The notes beneath the pieces were generated by a model, which saw nothing but the letters and a program-made list of their open reading frames with translations, was not told the origin of the DNA and made no database searches. Positions 55,600 through 64,000 of a stretch of DNA of 64,000 nt are shown here, in pieces (position 1 is the stretch's first letter; the number at the start of each line of letters is the position of its first letter). The DNA comes from Planctomycetota bacterium (GTDB taxonomy: Bacteria; Planctomycetota; UBA1135; UBA2386), in assembly GCA_041398565.1 (NCBI GenBank), contig JAWKUN010000003.1, forward strand, positions 848,529-912,528, given 5' to 3'. A program made the translations under genes and the position numbers.

Positions 55600-57054
55600 A
55601 TGGGTGCCCGTGCGGACGCAAGCCTCGTCGCCGGGCTCGGTTTCGCTCTGTCATGGGCGCTGCGCCAGCACACCTTCTACAAGGCGGATGGCGACGTCTA
55701 CTTGATGAGCATCGTCGAGGGGAATCTGCGGCACCCGCACCACATGCTCTACAAGCCCCTGGTCGCCGGCCTGCATCGGTTGCTGGCACCCGCGGGGCTC
55801 AGTCTCTACGAGGCCGGGGTGCTGGCCAGCGCGCTCGGCACCGGGTTGGGAGTCGGCTGCGCCTGCTGGGCGGCGCGCTGCCTCGGCCTGGGCCGGCGCG
55901 ACGCCTGGCTCGTGGCTCTGACCATGCTCTCCGTGCCCGCCGTCTTGTTCTTCGCCACGGTGGTCGAACTGCACGGCGTCTATCTGGGGTTCGCCGGTCC
56001 GGCGTTGCTCGCGACCGCGGCACTGGCGAGGAGGCCGACCCCGGCGCGTGGCGTGTGGCTCGGTCTGGCGTTGGCTCTGGCCTACGTCGGACACGCCAGC
56101 GCCACGCTGCTGCCCGCTGTCGCGCTGGGCGTCTGTCTCTCCTACCCGGTGCAACAAGGGCGCACGGCCCAGGACGCCAGCGCGGCCCGCAGCTTGCTGG
56201 CGTCGGCGTGGGCGCTGTGCGTGCCGATGTCGTGCGCCGCCGCCGTGCTCGCGGCGTGCCTGGGGATCCTGCCGGTCCTGGGGCGCTGGCTGGACCTCGG
56301 CGTCGATACGCACTCCGCCGCAGCCTACGTCGTGCGGGACGCCGCAGCGTTCGCGTCCGACCCGCGACGTTGGGCTTCGACACTCTGGTTCGAATGGCTG
56401 CTGCCGTACGCGCCGTGCAACGCCCTGGCCCTGGTGTTGTGCTTCGCCGGGCGGTGGCGCACGCCGGCGCGCTGGCTGCACCTGGCGGTGGCGCCGTACT
56501 ACCTGCTGTGCGTGTTCCTGCTGCCGAGCCCCGAGTTCGGAGCCTACCTCACGCCGCTGGCGTGGCCGCTGGCGCTGTTGGTGGTCCGCGCGCTCCGACC
56601 CGTGGCCGTCGTCGGCGTGGCGGCCCTCGGCTTCGCCGGTGGTCTCGCTTGGATCAGCGCGCACGATCAACCGGAACTCGCCCGCCGCTTTGCGGCCGGT
56701 GCCAGCGAGGCGGCGCAGGCGCGCCCCTTCTACCTGCTGCTCGGCGACCACGACGACGTGAAGGCGACGCTGGTCGGGCTGCCGGACACGGGCAGTCTGA
56801 TGTTGCTGCACGCCGGTGCGGTGGCCGCGACGCAGCTGCCCGCCGTGCTCGACCGCCTCGACGCGCTCTTGCGCGAGCAGTGGCGCGCCGGCCGCGCCGT
56901 TCTGCTCACCGCCGGCGCCGTGCGGCAGCTCGACGAAGTCGTGCCCAGCGGGCCGCAGGTCCTGCCGGGCCTGCAGTCGCGCTACGACCTCGTGGCCGTC
57001 GACATCCGGCGCGAGGATGCGGTGTTCTCGGGGTGGCGGCTGCACCCGAAGTGA
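55600..57054 (+). CDS. polytopic membrane protein with a soluble C-terminal domain (possible ArnT-fold glycosyltransferase)
   Basis: About 10 hydrophobic segments are followed by a soluble tail of about 130 aa. There is no diagnostic motif. Confidence 0.55.
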   Translation: MGARADASLVAGLGFALSWALRQHTFYKADGDVYLMSIVEGNLRHPHHMLYKPLVAGLHRLLAPAGLSLYEAGVLASALGTGLGVGCACWAARCLGLGRRDAWLVALTMLSVPAVLFFATVVELHGVYLGFAGPALLATAALARRPTPARGVWLGLALALAYVGHASATLLPAVALGVCLSYPVQQGRTAQDASAARSLLASAWALCVPMSCAAAVLAACLGILPVLGRWLDLGVDTHSAAAYVVRDAAAFASDPRRWASTLWFEWLLPYAPCNALALVLCFAGRWRTPARWLHLAVAPYYLLCVFLLPSPEFGAYLTPLAWPLALLVVRALRPVAVVGVAALGFAGGLAWISAHDQPELARRFAAGASEAAQARPFYLLLGDHDDVKATLVGLPDTGSLMLLHAGAVAATQLPAVLDRLDALLREQWRAGRAVLLTAGAVRQLDEVVPSGPQVLPGLQSRYDLVAVDIRREDAVFSGWRLHPK

Positions 57055-57176
57055 GACCGCGCCGGTGCCACCGCGTTCGCCGGTGGGGGCGTCGCGATTC
57101 GCGACCTGCGTCCGACGCTCGGGTCAACTCCAGAACGGGCCGCGCCGATCCCTGGAGCGTTCAGGGAGATCACCGC

Positions 57177-57953
57177 ATGCACGCAGCAACCTGCACGCTC
57201 TCGAGGCGACGCGCCGGCTCGGCCACGCGGAACGGCTCGCGCGGCGTCGACCTACGACCGACGGCTTCGACCACGTTCCACCGGCTGGCGGAGTGCGGGT
57301 TCACGCTGATCGAGGTGCTGGTCACCTGCACCATCATCGGCGTGCTGGCCGGCATCACCGTTCCGACCTACATCGCCCGGCGCATCTCCGCCAACGAGGG
57401 CGCTGTGGTCGCCACCCTGCGGGCGGTGTCCCAGGCCCAGTTCCAGTTCCGCGCGCAGAACTCGGTCGACACCAACCGCGACGGCGGCTCCGAGTACGGC
57501 TCGCTCGGCGAACTGGCCGCGGTCGATCCGCTGCGAGGTCTGTCTGAGCCCCTCAGCCAGCGCCTGCTGAGCTCCACCTTGGGCACGCTCGACAACAACG
57601 GCCACGCGATCTTGCACGGCTACCGTCTGGCTCTCTACCTGCCGGACGCCAGCGGTGCAGGGGTGCTGGCGACGCTGGCCAACCGCAGCCAGTTCGACGC
57701 ACTCGGGGCGCGCGACTACTACACCTGCCTGGCGTGGCCGATCTCGGTGGACGTCACCGGCCATCGCACCTACTTCCTGAACCAGCAGGGGCAGGTGCTG
57801 AAGACGCTGGCCAATCCGTATTCCGGCCTCGCGTCGATCCCGCCGGCCGGTGCCGGGTTGCAGGGGACGTCGGGGCCCGGCCAGATCAACTCGCAGTTCC
57901 TGGCGGCGAACGCGACCGGCGCCGACGGTCGGGCCTGGGCGCCGGTCCACTGA
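57177..57953 (+). CDS. prepilin-type N-terminal cleavage/methylation domain protein (type IV pilin or pseudopilin-like)
   Basis: AECG|FTLIEVLVTCTIIGVLAGITVPTYI is the class III signal with Glu at +5. It is preceded by an unusually long 41-aa leader counted from the only in-frame ATG. Confidence 0.7.
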   Translation: MHAATCTLSRRRAGSATRNGSRGVDLRPTASTTFHRLAECGFTLIEVLVTCTIIGVLAGITVPTYIARRISANEGAVVATLRAVSQAQFQFRAQNSVDTNRDGGSEYGSLGELAAVDPLRGLSEPLSQRLLSSTLGTLDNNGHAILHGYRLALYLPDASGAGVLATLANRSQFDALGARDYYTCLAWPISVDVTGHRTYFLNQQGQVLKTLANPYSGLASIPPAGAGLQGTSGPGQINSQFLAANATGADGRAWAPVH

Positions 57954-58109
57954 CCGACGGCAGCGGCGGGGCGGCCCGGGGCTGCCGACGCGCCCCGAGC
58001 CGGACGCGACGCCCGACGCGCTGTTGCCCGAGGACGGTGCAGGTCGATGCTCCACCGCGCTTTCCGGCGCGAATTGCCACGCGGAGTGCATGGGTCGCGC
58101 GCCTTGTTC

Positions 58110-58139
58110 TTGACGCGCTGGGGGCCGGGTGATGACAAT
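58110..58139 (+). promoter_or_regulatory. candidate sigma-70-type promoter for glmU-prs (TTGACG-N18-GACAAT)
   Basis: -35 TTGACG at 58110-58115 and -10 GACAAT at 58134-58139, 36 nt upstream of the glmU ATG. This is a pattern match only. Confidence 0.3.
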
Positions 58140-58174
58140 CCGCGCCCTTTTTCGCCCTCCCGCGCCGCACCTCC

Positions 58175-59443
58175 ATGAGCCGCCCCCTCGCTGTCGTCGT
58201 GCTCGCTGCCGGTCTCGGGAAGCGTACGAAAGTCGCCGTCCCCAAGGTCCTGCTGCCCCTGTGCGGGCGCACCTTGCTCGACACGGTGCTCGACAGCGTC
58301 CACGAACTCGCGCCCGACCGGACGGTGGTCGTGCTCCACCACCACAAGGCTGCGGTCGAGAAGGCGATCGCCCACCGCCCCGGGCTCACCGTGGTCGACC
58401 AGGGCGAGCCGCGCGGCACCGGACATGCGGTGCAGGTGGCGATGGAGACGCTCGTCGACTTCGAGGGCGACATCATGGTGGTCTACGGCGACTGTCCCCT
58501 GGTGACGACGCCGACCCTGGGCGCGCTCAGGGCGGCGCGCGGCGAAGCCGGCGCCAGCTTGTTGACCGCATTGCCCGACGATCCGTCCGGGCTCGGGCGC
58601 ATCCTGCGCGACGTCACCGGCAACATCGTCGGCATCCGGGAGGAGCGCGACTGCTCGCCCGAGGAACTCGACATCGACGAGATCAACGCCGGCTTCTACT
58701 GCTTCGACTCGAGGCACCTGGCGCAGGCCCTGGTGGGGCTGTCCGACGACAATGCTCAGGGCGAGTTGTACCTCACCGACACCGTCGCCGCGTTGGTCGA
58801 GGGTCCGGGGGTCACGACCCACACCGTCGACGACGCCGAGGAGATTCTCGGCGTCAACTCGCTGCGCGATCTGGCGGTGGCGCGCGACGTGATGCAGGAG
58901 CGCATCCTGCTCGCGCATCTCGCCAACGGCGTCATCATCGAGGATCCCGCCACCACGTACATCGAGCACGGTGTGCACATCGGCCACGACACGCGCGTGC
59001 TGCCGTGTACCGTGATCCGCACCGGCTGTGTCGTCGGGGTCGGCTGCGAGGTCGGCCCGTTCGCGCACCTGCGAGCCGGGGCGCGGCTCGAGGACGGGGC
59101 CGAGATCGGCAACTTCGTCGAGATCAAGAAGAGCACGATCGGCCGCGGCACCAAGGCCAAGCACTTGAGCTACATCGGCGACGCCACCGTGGGCGCGCAC
59201 GCCAACATCGGTTGTGGGACGATCACGGCCAACTACGACGGCAAGCACAAGCACCACACCAAGATCGACGACGGCGCCTTCATCGGCAGCGGCACGGTGC
59301 TGGTGGCGCCATCGGTGGTCGGCAAGAACGCGGTCACCGGCGCGGGAGCGGTCGTCACCCGCGGCTCCGAGGTGGCGCCGGGCGAGGTCTGGGTCGGCGT
59401 GCCGGCCAAGCGCTTGCGCCCGAAGGCGGGAGGGGGCGAGTGA
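58175..59443 (+). CDS. glmU: bifunctional UDP-N-acetylglucosamine diphosphorylase / glucosamine-1-phosphate N-acetyltransferase
   Basis: VVLAAGLGKRTK, GTGHAV, YGDCPL and the C-terminal left-handed beta-helix hexapeptide repeats, including NYDG. Confidence 0.92.
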   Translation: MSRPLAVVVLAAGLGKRTKVAVPKVLLPLCGRTLLDTVLDSVHELAPDRTVVVLHHHKAAVEKAIAHRPGLTVVDQGEPRGTGHAVQVAMETLVDFEGDIMVVYGDCPLVTTPTLGALRAARGEAGASLLTALPDDPSGLGRILRDVTGNIVGIREERDCSPEELDIDEINAGFYCFDSRHLAQALVGLSDDNAQGELYLTDTVAALVEGPGVTTHTVDDAEEILGVNSLRDLAVARDVMQERILLAHLANGVIIEDPATTYIEHGVHIGHDTRVLPCTVIRTGCVVGVGCEVGPFAHLRAGARLEDGAEIGNFVEIKKSTIGRGTKAKHLSYIGDATVGAHANIGCGTITANYDGKHKHHTKIDDGAFIGSGTVLVAPSVVGKNAVTGAGAVVTRGSEVAPGEVWVGVPAKRLRPKAGGGE

Positions 59444-59445
59444 CC

Positions 59446-60408
59446 ATGTTCCGGCGCGAGCGGCTGCGCGTCTTCTCGGGAACGGCCCACGACAAGTTGG
59501 CGCGCGACATCTGCGCGCACATGGGCATCCCGCTCGGCGACGCCGTGCTCAAGCCCTTCCCGGACGGCGAGATCGACCTCAAGGTCGAGTGCGACGTCCG
59601 CGGCGCCGACGTGTTCGTCGTCCAGCCGACGTGTCCGCCGGTACACGACAACCTGTTCAAGCTGCTGTCGTTCGCCGACTGCCTGCGGCGGGCCTCGGCC
59701 GACCGCATCACCGCGGTGATCCCCTACTTCGGCTACGCGCGCAAGGACCGCAAGGACGAGGGGCGGGTGCCGATCAACGCCAAGCTGGTCGCCAACCTGA
59801 TCACCGCGTCGGGGGTCAACCGCGTCGTCGCGGTGGACCTGCACGCACCGCAGATCCAGGGCTTCTTCGACATCCCCGTCGACCATCTCTACGCGCGCCC
59901 GGTGATCATGGAGATCCTGCGCCGGCTCGACGTGCAGAACCCGATCATCCTGTCGCCGGACGTGGGAGGCGTCAAGCTGGCGCGCGCCTACGCCAAGGAC
60001 CTGGAGTGCGACATCGCCATCGTCGACAAGCGCCGCATCTCCGGCGACACGACCGTGGTCGAGCACGTGGTCGGCAGCGTCAAGGACCGCGACGTCATCA
60101 TCGTCGACGACATGGTCGCGACGGGCGGCTCCATCGCCGATGCCGCGCGCATCGCCAAGGAACGCGGCGGCAAGAAGGTGTTCATCGCCGCCACGCATGC
60201 GGTGCTCGCCGGCAGCGCGGTGGACAAGCTCAACGCCGCGCCAGTCGAGGGTATCGTGTTCACCGACACCATTCCGGAGCGCGCCAACTTGCAGCGCTGC
60301 ACCGTCGCATCGATGGCGCCGCTGCTGGCGCGCGCCATCGACCGTATTCATCGCAACGAGAGCGTAAGCGTGCTCTTCGACGGCAAGGCCGCACCGGTCG
60401 AGCGCTGA
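59446..60408 (+). CDS. prs: ribose-phosphate diphosphokinase
   Basis: FPDGE, YFGYARKDRK, DLHA.QIQGFF and the PRPP loop VIIVDDMVATGGS. Confidence 0.92.
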   Translation: MFRRERLRVFSGTAHDKLARDICAHMGIPLGDAVLKPFPDGEIDLKVECDVRGADVFVVQPTCPPVHDNLFKLLSFADCLRRASADRITAVIPYFGYARKDRKDEGRVPINAKLVANLITASGVNRVVAVDLHAPQIQGFFDIPVDHLYARPVIMEILRRLDVQNPIILSPDVGGVKLARAYAKDLECDIAIVDKRRISGDTTVVEHVVGSVKDRDVIIVDDMVATGGSIADAARIAKERGGKKVFIAATHAVLAGSAVDKLNAAPVEGIVFTDTIPERANLQRCTVASMAPLLARAIDRIHRNESVSVLFDGKAAPVER

Positions 60409-60431
60409 GGAAACGCGCACGAGGATTCATC

Positions 60432-61055
60432 ATGGAAGTCGCCAAGATCAATGCCACTGTTCGCCAGGAGACGGGCAAGAGGGCCGTCGCCCGCCTCCGT
60501 ACCGAGGGACGAGTCCCCGGCGTCATGTACGGCCAGGGCTCGCAGAACGCGAGGTTCACCCTCGACGTGCTCGAGCTGCAGGCGCACCTGCGCCAGCACC
60601 ACCGCGTGTTCAAGGTGAAGCTGGACGGCGCCGAGCAGGCCGCCTACCTGCAGGACGTGCAGTACGACTGCCTGACCGACGAGCCGTTGCACGTCGACTT
60701 CAAGCGCATCGACCTCAACAAGCCGATCGACCTTGTCGTGGAGATCGTGTTGCTCGGGCACCCGGTCGGGCTCGGCAAAGGCGGCGTGCTGATCCGCGAC
60801 CGCATGGAGATCGAGGTCTCGGCGCTGCCGAACGCCATCCCCGAGAACCTGCCGATCAAGATCGACCACCTCGACATCGGTGGTCGCGTCCTGGCCAAGG
60901 ACCTCCAGCTGCCGGCCGGGGTGACGCTGCGCCTGGCGCCGGAGTCGACGATCTGCCACGTCACCGAGGCGCGCGTCGAGGCGGCTTCGGCGACGCCTGG
61001 CGAGGCCGCCGAGCCGGCCAAGGCGGCGGACGAGAAGAAGGACGACAAGTCGTGA
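60432..61055 (+). CDS. rplY: 50S ribosomal protein L25 / general stress protein Ctc
   Basis: RQETGKRAVARLRTEGRVPGVMYG, then LHVDFKRIDLNKPI and an acidic/lysine-rich tail. GAGGA lies upstream of the ATG. Confidence 0.88.
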   Translation: MEVAKINATVRQETGKRAVARLRTEGRVPGVMYGQGSQNARFTLDVLELQAHLRQHHRVFKVKLDGAEQAAYLQDVQYDCLTDEPLHVDFKRIDLNKPIDLVVEIVLLGHPVGLGKGGVLIRDRMEIEVSALPNAIPENLPIKIDHLDIGGRVLAKDLQLPAGVTLRLAPESTICHVTEARVEAASATPGEAAEPAKAADEKKDDKS

Positions 61056-61122
61056 CCGGCGTGGCCGGGGCGTCAGGCTCCGGCCCAGTCAGGGTTCCGC
61101 TCCGGCCAGGTCTCCGCCTGCC

Positions 61123-61749
61123 ATGGCTGCCAAGCGCATCGTCCTGGGAATCGGTAACCCGGGCCTCGAATACGAGGGTACCAGGCACAACGTCGGCTTC
61201 ATGGTCGTCGACCACGTGGCGCGTCGCCGCGACCTCGCCTTCGCGCGCCTCGAACGCAAGGACGCCGCCGGCACCAAGCTGTTCTCGGGGAAGGTCAAGG
61301 CGACGTGGGCGCATGGCTCGGCCCGGGGACAGGACTTCGTGCTGGTGAAACCACTCACCTACGTGAATCTGTCAGGCGACGTCGCCGGACCGATGTTGCG
61401 CCACTTCGGTCTCACGCCCGAAGCCTTGCTGGTCGTCGTCGACGACTTCAGCCTTCCGCTCGGCAAACTGCGCCTGCGCGCGTCGGGGAGTTCCGGCGGA
61501 CACAATGGTCTGCGCTCCATCGAGGCTGCACTGATGACGCAGGCATACCCGCGATTGCGCGTCGGAATCGGCGCGCCGCAGGCAGGCTTCGTCGACCACG
61601 TGCTGGCGCGCTTCTCGCCCGACGAGGACGGCATCCTGCAGCCGGCCCTCGCCCGCGCGGCTGACGCCGTCGCCGGCTGGCTCGACCGCACGGAGCTGAA
61701 CCGCTTGATGGACGTGTTCAATCGCGACGAGTCCGGCCCGGCGTCATAG
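61123..61749 (+). CDS. pth: peptidyl-tRNA hydrolase
   Basis: IVLGIGNPGLEYEGTRHNVGF, TYVNLSG and GGHNGLRSI. Confidence 0.92.
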   Translation: MAAKRIVLGIGNPGLEYEGTRHNVGFMVVDHVARRRDLAFARLERKDAAGTKLFSGKVKATWAHGSARGQDFVLVKPLTYVNLSGDVAGPMLRHFGLTPEALLVVVDDFSLPLGKLRLRASGSSGGHNGLRSIEAALMTQAYPRLRVGIGAPQAGFVDHVLARFSPDEDGILQPALARAADAVAGWLDRTELNRLMDVFNRDESGPAS

Positions 61750-61922
61750 GCCAGCGTGCGCTGCCGAGGCCCGAGTGTCCGGTGCCCGCGGACGGAGCCA
61801 TTCGCCCACGTGTTTCCGCGTGCGTCTGCCGTGGGGTGCGTGCTACCCTGATTCTCCTGAGCTGACCGCCCGCGCGCGGGCGCGGAATCCGTGCGGTCGT
61901 ATCGCCACGAGGACATCACGCA

Positions 61923-62246
61923 ATGCCCGACTACGCAGCAGACATCAAGAAGTACACCGCCAACGTCAACGAGAACGCGATCGCCGGCCTGGTGAAGCAC
62001 TTCGGCATCGCGCTGAGGGAAGGCAGTGATTCGTCCTTCGTGTCCGTGAGCGACAAGGCCGAGACCGACCGTGTGCGCGAGGGCTTCCTCAAGAAGAAGT
62101 GCGCGCTCACCAACACCGACGCCGAACTGGACACCGCCATCAAGGAAGTCGGAGAGAAGATGAAGGCGGAGAGGCGCAAGCTGCGCGTCACCTTCTGCTA
62201 CCTGCTGGCCGAGAAGTTCGACAAGCTCGGTCTCTTCGGCGGCTGA
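61923..62246 (+). CDS. DUF2853-family protein
   Basis: 107 aa. The pattern ...SVSDKAETDRVREGFLKKKCAL...LDTAIKEVGEKMK..RRKLRVTFCYLLAEKF matches my recollection of DUF2853 proteins. Confidence 0.65.
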   Translation: MPDYAADIKKYTANVNENAIAGLVKHFGIALREGSDSSFVSVSDKAETDRVREGFLKKKCALTNTDAELDTAIKEVGEKMKAERRKLRVTFCYLLAEKFDKLGLFGG

Positions 62247-62552
62247 TCCCCGACGGCCCTCGCCGCGGGCCGGGATTCGGCGATCTGCCGCTTCCGGCGT
62301 GCCGGTGCGTCGCGAGCCCGGCGGCATTGGCGCTGGCGCGGCGCGACAACGTAGTGGACGTCCTCGTGGCGGCTCGCTACATTCCCGCGTCCGCGTTCGG
62401 GCCGCCTCGGTGGCTCCGGTGCGGCAGCCGGGCAGCCGGCTGGTTCTTTCGACGACCTGATCCTGCCAAGGGCCGGACCGTGAGCCGGCCGTCGGGGCCT
62501 CGTGCCCCGTCTCCAACTCGGCTGGTGCTCCGCCCGTTCAGGCGCGTCGCTG

Positions 62553-62598
62553 CACCTCCTGCCGTAGGAACAGGAGGTGAAGGCCCGCGAGAGCGGGC
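62553..62598 (+). promoter_or_regulatory. two adjacent perfect hairpins in the rpsF 5' leader (candidate autoregulatory leader)
   Basis: CACCTCCTG-(9 nt)-CAGGAGGTG at 62553-62579, and GCCCGC-GAGA-GCGGGC with a GNRA tetraloop at 62583-62598. They lie 65-110 nt upstream of the rpsF GTG. Confidence 0.3.
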
Positions 62599-62663
62599 GC
62601 CGCGCCCGTGCGTGGCGACGTCTTCGTCCATGGTGGGGCCGCGTGGCTCCGGAGCACGAGCGA

Positions 62664-63164
62664 GTGAACAAGACTTACGAATGCATGGTCCTGGTGAGCA
62701 ACCAGGAAGTCCGCAAGGGCTGGCAGGCCTGCAAGCAGTCCATCGTCGACCTGTTCGGCAAGCACAAGGCTGGAGTGGTGAGTGCGCGCCGGTGGGACGA
62801 GCGACGCCTGGCCTACCCGATCAAGGGGCAGCAGCGCGCAACCTATCTGCTGGTCTACTTCCAGTGTGACCACCTGGTGCCGGCGGCCATCCGTCGCGAG
62901 CTGGACTTCCACGACAGTGTGCTCCGGCACATGATCTTCCAGTGCGAAGAGGTGCCCGCCGAGGCGCACGAGCCCGAGGTTGCCTTCGACGAGGCGCGCG
63001 TCGGCGAGGACGGTACGCCATCCACGCCGGCGCCTGCGCCGGCCGCCGCCGAGCCCGCGACCGAGCCCGAGCCCGCGACCGAGCCCGAGGCGTCCGCGGA
63101 AGCGCCCGAGGCCGCCGAAGAAACCAAGCCTGCCGAAGCGACTGAGGAGGAGCAGAACCAATGA
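62664..63164 (+). CDS. rpsF: 30S ribosomal protein S6 with an acidic Pro/Ala/Glu-rich C-terminal tail
   Basis: (V)NKTYECMVLV...RRWDERRLAYPIKGQQRATYLLVYF is the S6 core. The start is GTG at 62664. Confidence 0.88.
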   Translation: MNKTYECMVLVSNQEVRKGWQACKQSIVDLFGKHKAGVVSARRWDERRLAYPIKGQQRATYLLVYFQCDHLVPAAIRRELDFHDSVLRHMIFQCEEVPAEAHEPEVAFDEARVGEDGTPSTPAPAPAAAEPATEPEPATEPEASAEAPEAAEETKPAEATEEEQNQ

Positions 63165-63430
63165 GCGATCTCGACTTCGATCGTGACTTCGAGGAAGGGC
63201 GCGGACGCCGCGGGCGTTTCCAGCGCTTCACGCGCGGCAAGGTCAAGGCCGAGCCGACCCAGCCCATCGACTACAAGAACATCGAGTTCCTGAGCGGCTA
63301 CGTGAGCGCCCAGGGCAAGATCGTGTCGCGCAAGCGTTCGGGCTTCTCCGGCCAGAACCAACGCAAGTTGGCCATCGCCATCAAGCGTGCCCGCTTCCTG
63401 GGCCTGATGCCTTTCGTGGGGAGGAGCTGA
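63161..63430 (+). CDS. rpsR: 30S ribosomal protein S18
   Basis: IDYKNIEFLSGYVSAQGKIVSRKRSGFSGQNQRKLAIAIKRARFLGLMPF. It overlaps rpsF as ATGA. Confidence 0.92.
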   Translation: MSDLDFDRDFEEGRGRRGRFQRFTRGKVKAEPTQPIDYKNIEFLSGYVSAQGKIVSRKRSGFSGQNQRKLAIAIKRARFLGLMPFVGRS

Positions 63431-63431
63431 G

Positions 63432-63884
63432 ATGCAGGTCTTGCTCAAGCGCAATGTCGAGCACCTCGGTCGGGTCGGCGACGTCGTCAACGTGAAGCCG
63501 GGCTTCGCTCGGAACTTCCTGTTGCCGTCGGGGCGCGCCGTCGCCGTCAGCGCCGGCAACCTGTCCGAGATCGAGCGTTTGCGGGCGCGCGCTCGCCTGG
63601 AGGAACAGGATCGGATCAAGCAGATGCGGGACCTGGCGCAACTTCTCGGCAGCGCATCGGTCACCATCGAGGGGCGTGCCAACGAGGAGGGTCACCTGTT
63701 CGGATCGGTCAACGCCGCACAGATCGCTGCCGCCCTGCGCGCCAAGGGCCACCAGGTCGAGGACTCCCAGGTGCGTCTCGACGCACCGCTCAAGGAGATC
63801 GGCGTGTTCGACGTCCGCCTGCACCTGCACCAGGAAGTCGATGCGACGGTCAAGGTGTGGGTCGTCCAGGCCAAACCGAGCTGA
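63432..63884 (+). CDS. rplI: 50S ribosomal protein L9
   Basis: MQVLLKRNVEHLGRVGDVVNVKPGFARNFLLP. Confidence 0.92.
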   Translation: MQVLLKRNVEHLGRVGDVVNVKPGFARNFLLPSGRAVAVSAGNLSEIERLRARARLEEQDRIKQMRDLAQLLGSASVTIEGRANEEGHLFGSVNAAQIAAALRAKGHQVEDSQVRLDAPLKEIGVFDVRLHLHQEVDATVKVWVVQAKPS

Positions 63885-63903
63885 CGCGGGCGGCCGCGAT
63901 CGC

Positions 63904-64000
63904 ATGAACGAGGCCATCAAGGTCTGCCTGATCAGCCTCGGCTGCGCGCGTAACTTGGTCGATTCCGAGGTGATCCTCGGTCATGCCGTCGAGGAGGGCT
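63904..64000 (+). CDS. rimO: radical-SAM methylthiotransferase, RimO/MiaB family (5' fragment; continues beyond the window)
   Basis: My own translation gives MNEAIKVCLISLGCARNLVDSEVILGHAVEEG, the UPF0004 N-terminal domain with its first conserved Cys. The position after rpsF-rpsR-rplI is compatible with rimO, but only 32 aa are visible. Confidence 0.6.
   Translation, partial: MNEAIKVCLISLGCARNLVDSEVILGHAVEEG

Overview
A 64-kb stretch of a very G+C-rich bacterial chromosome (roughly 70% G+C by eye, not computed). I support about 52 protein-coding genes. I found no rRNA, tRNA, CRISPR array, transposase or integrase. Many long ORFs in the six-frame track are antisense or out-of-frame shadows caused by the high G+C. 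I called real frames from amino-acid composition, recognisable family motifs, signal peptides and start/stop coupling.

Gene content is mixed. Housekeeping genes include pilT, recD2, rpsU, an RluA-family synthase, addAB, nth, asnB, queF, a DAHP synthase, tpiA, the secG-yicC-gmk-coaC-prmA run, rsmJ, glmU-prs-rplY-pth, and rpsF-rpsR-rplI-rimO. Envelope and secreted functions include three ArnT/PMT-like membrane proteins, GT2, GT9 and GT4 glycosyltransferases, a KpsS-like protein, a phytase-like esterase, a metallophosphoesterase, and several secreted proteins of unknown function. Signalling genes include an ECF sigma factor, a Ser/Thr kinase fused to an FGE domain, a FIST protein and an XRE regulator. 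The mix (ECF43-like sigma, kinase-FGE fusion, prepilin-type protein) is reminiscent of Planctomycetota or Myxococcota, but that is only an inference.

Observations most worth a second look:
1. An in-frame TGA at 9820-9822 joins two same-frame ORFs. It creates a Cys-x-x-Sec context and is followed by a SECIS-like hairpin with a GGUC loop, so this is a candidate novel selenoprotein.
2. A 184-bp unit is duplicated in tandem inside a 610-bp structured intergenic region. Partial copies lie at two other loci, one of which supplies a gene's stop codon.
3. A tightly coupled chain addB-addA-FIST-polytopic membrane protein-43-aa peptide.
4. A C-terminal module shared by four otherwise unrelated secreted proteins.
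5. A 12-bp x4 direct-repeat array in front of an ECF sigma gene that has no anti-sigma partner.
6. queF translationally coupled to a GT2-ArnT-GT9 glycosylation operon.
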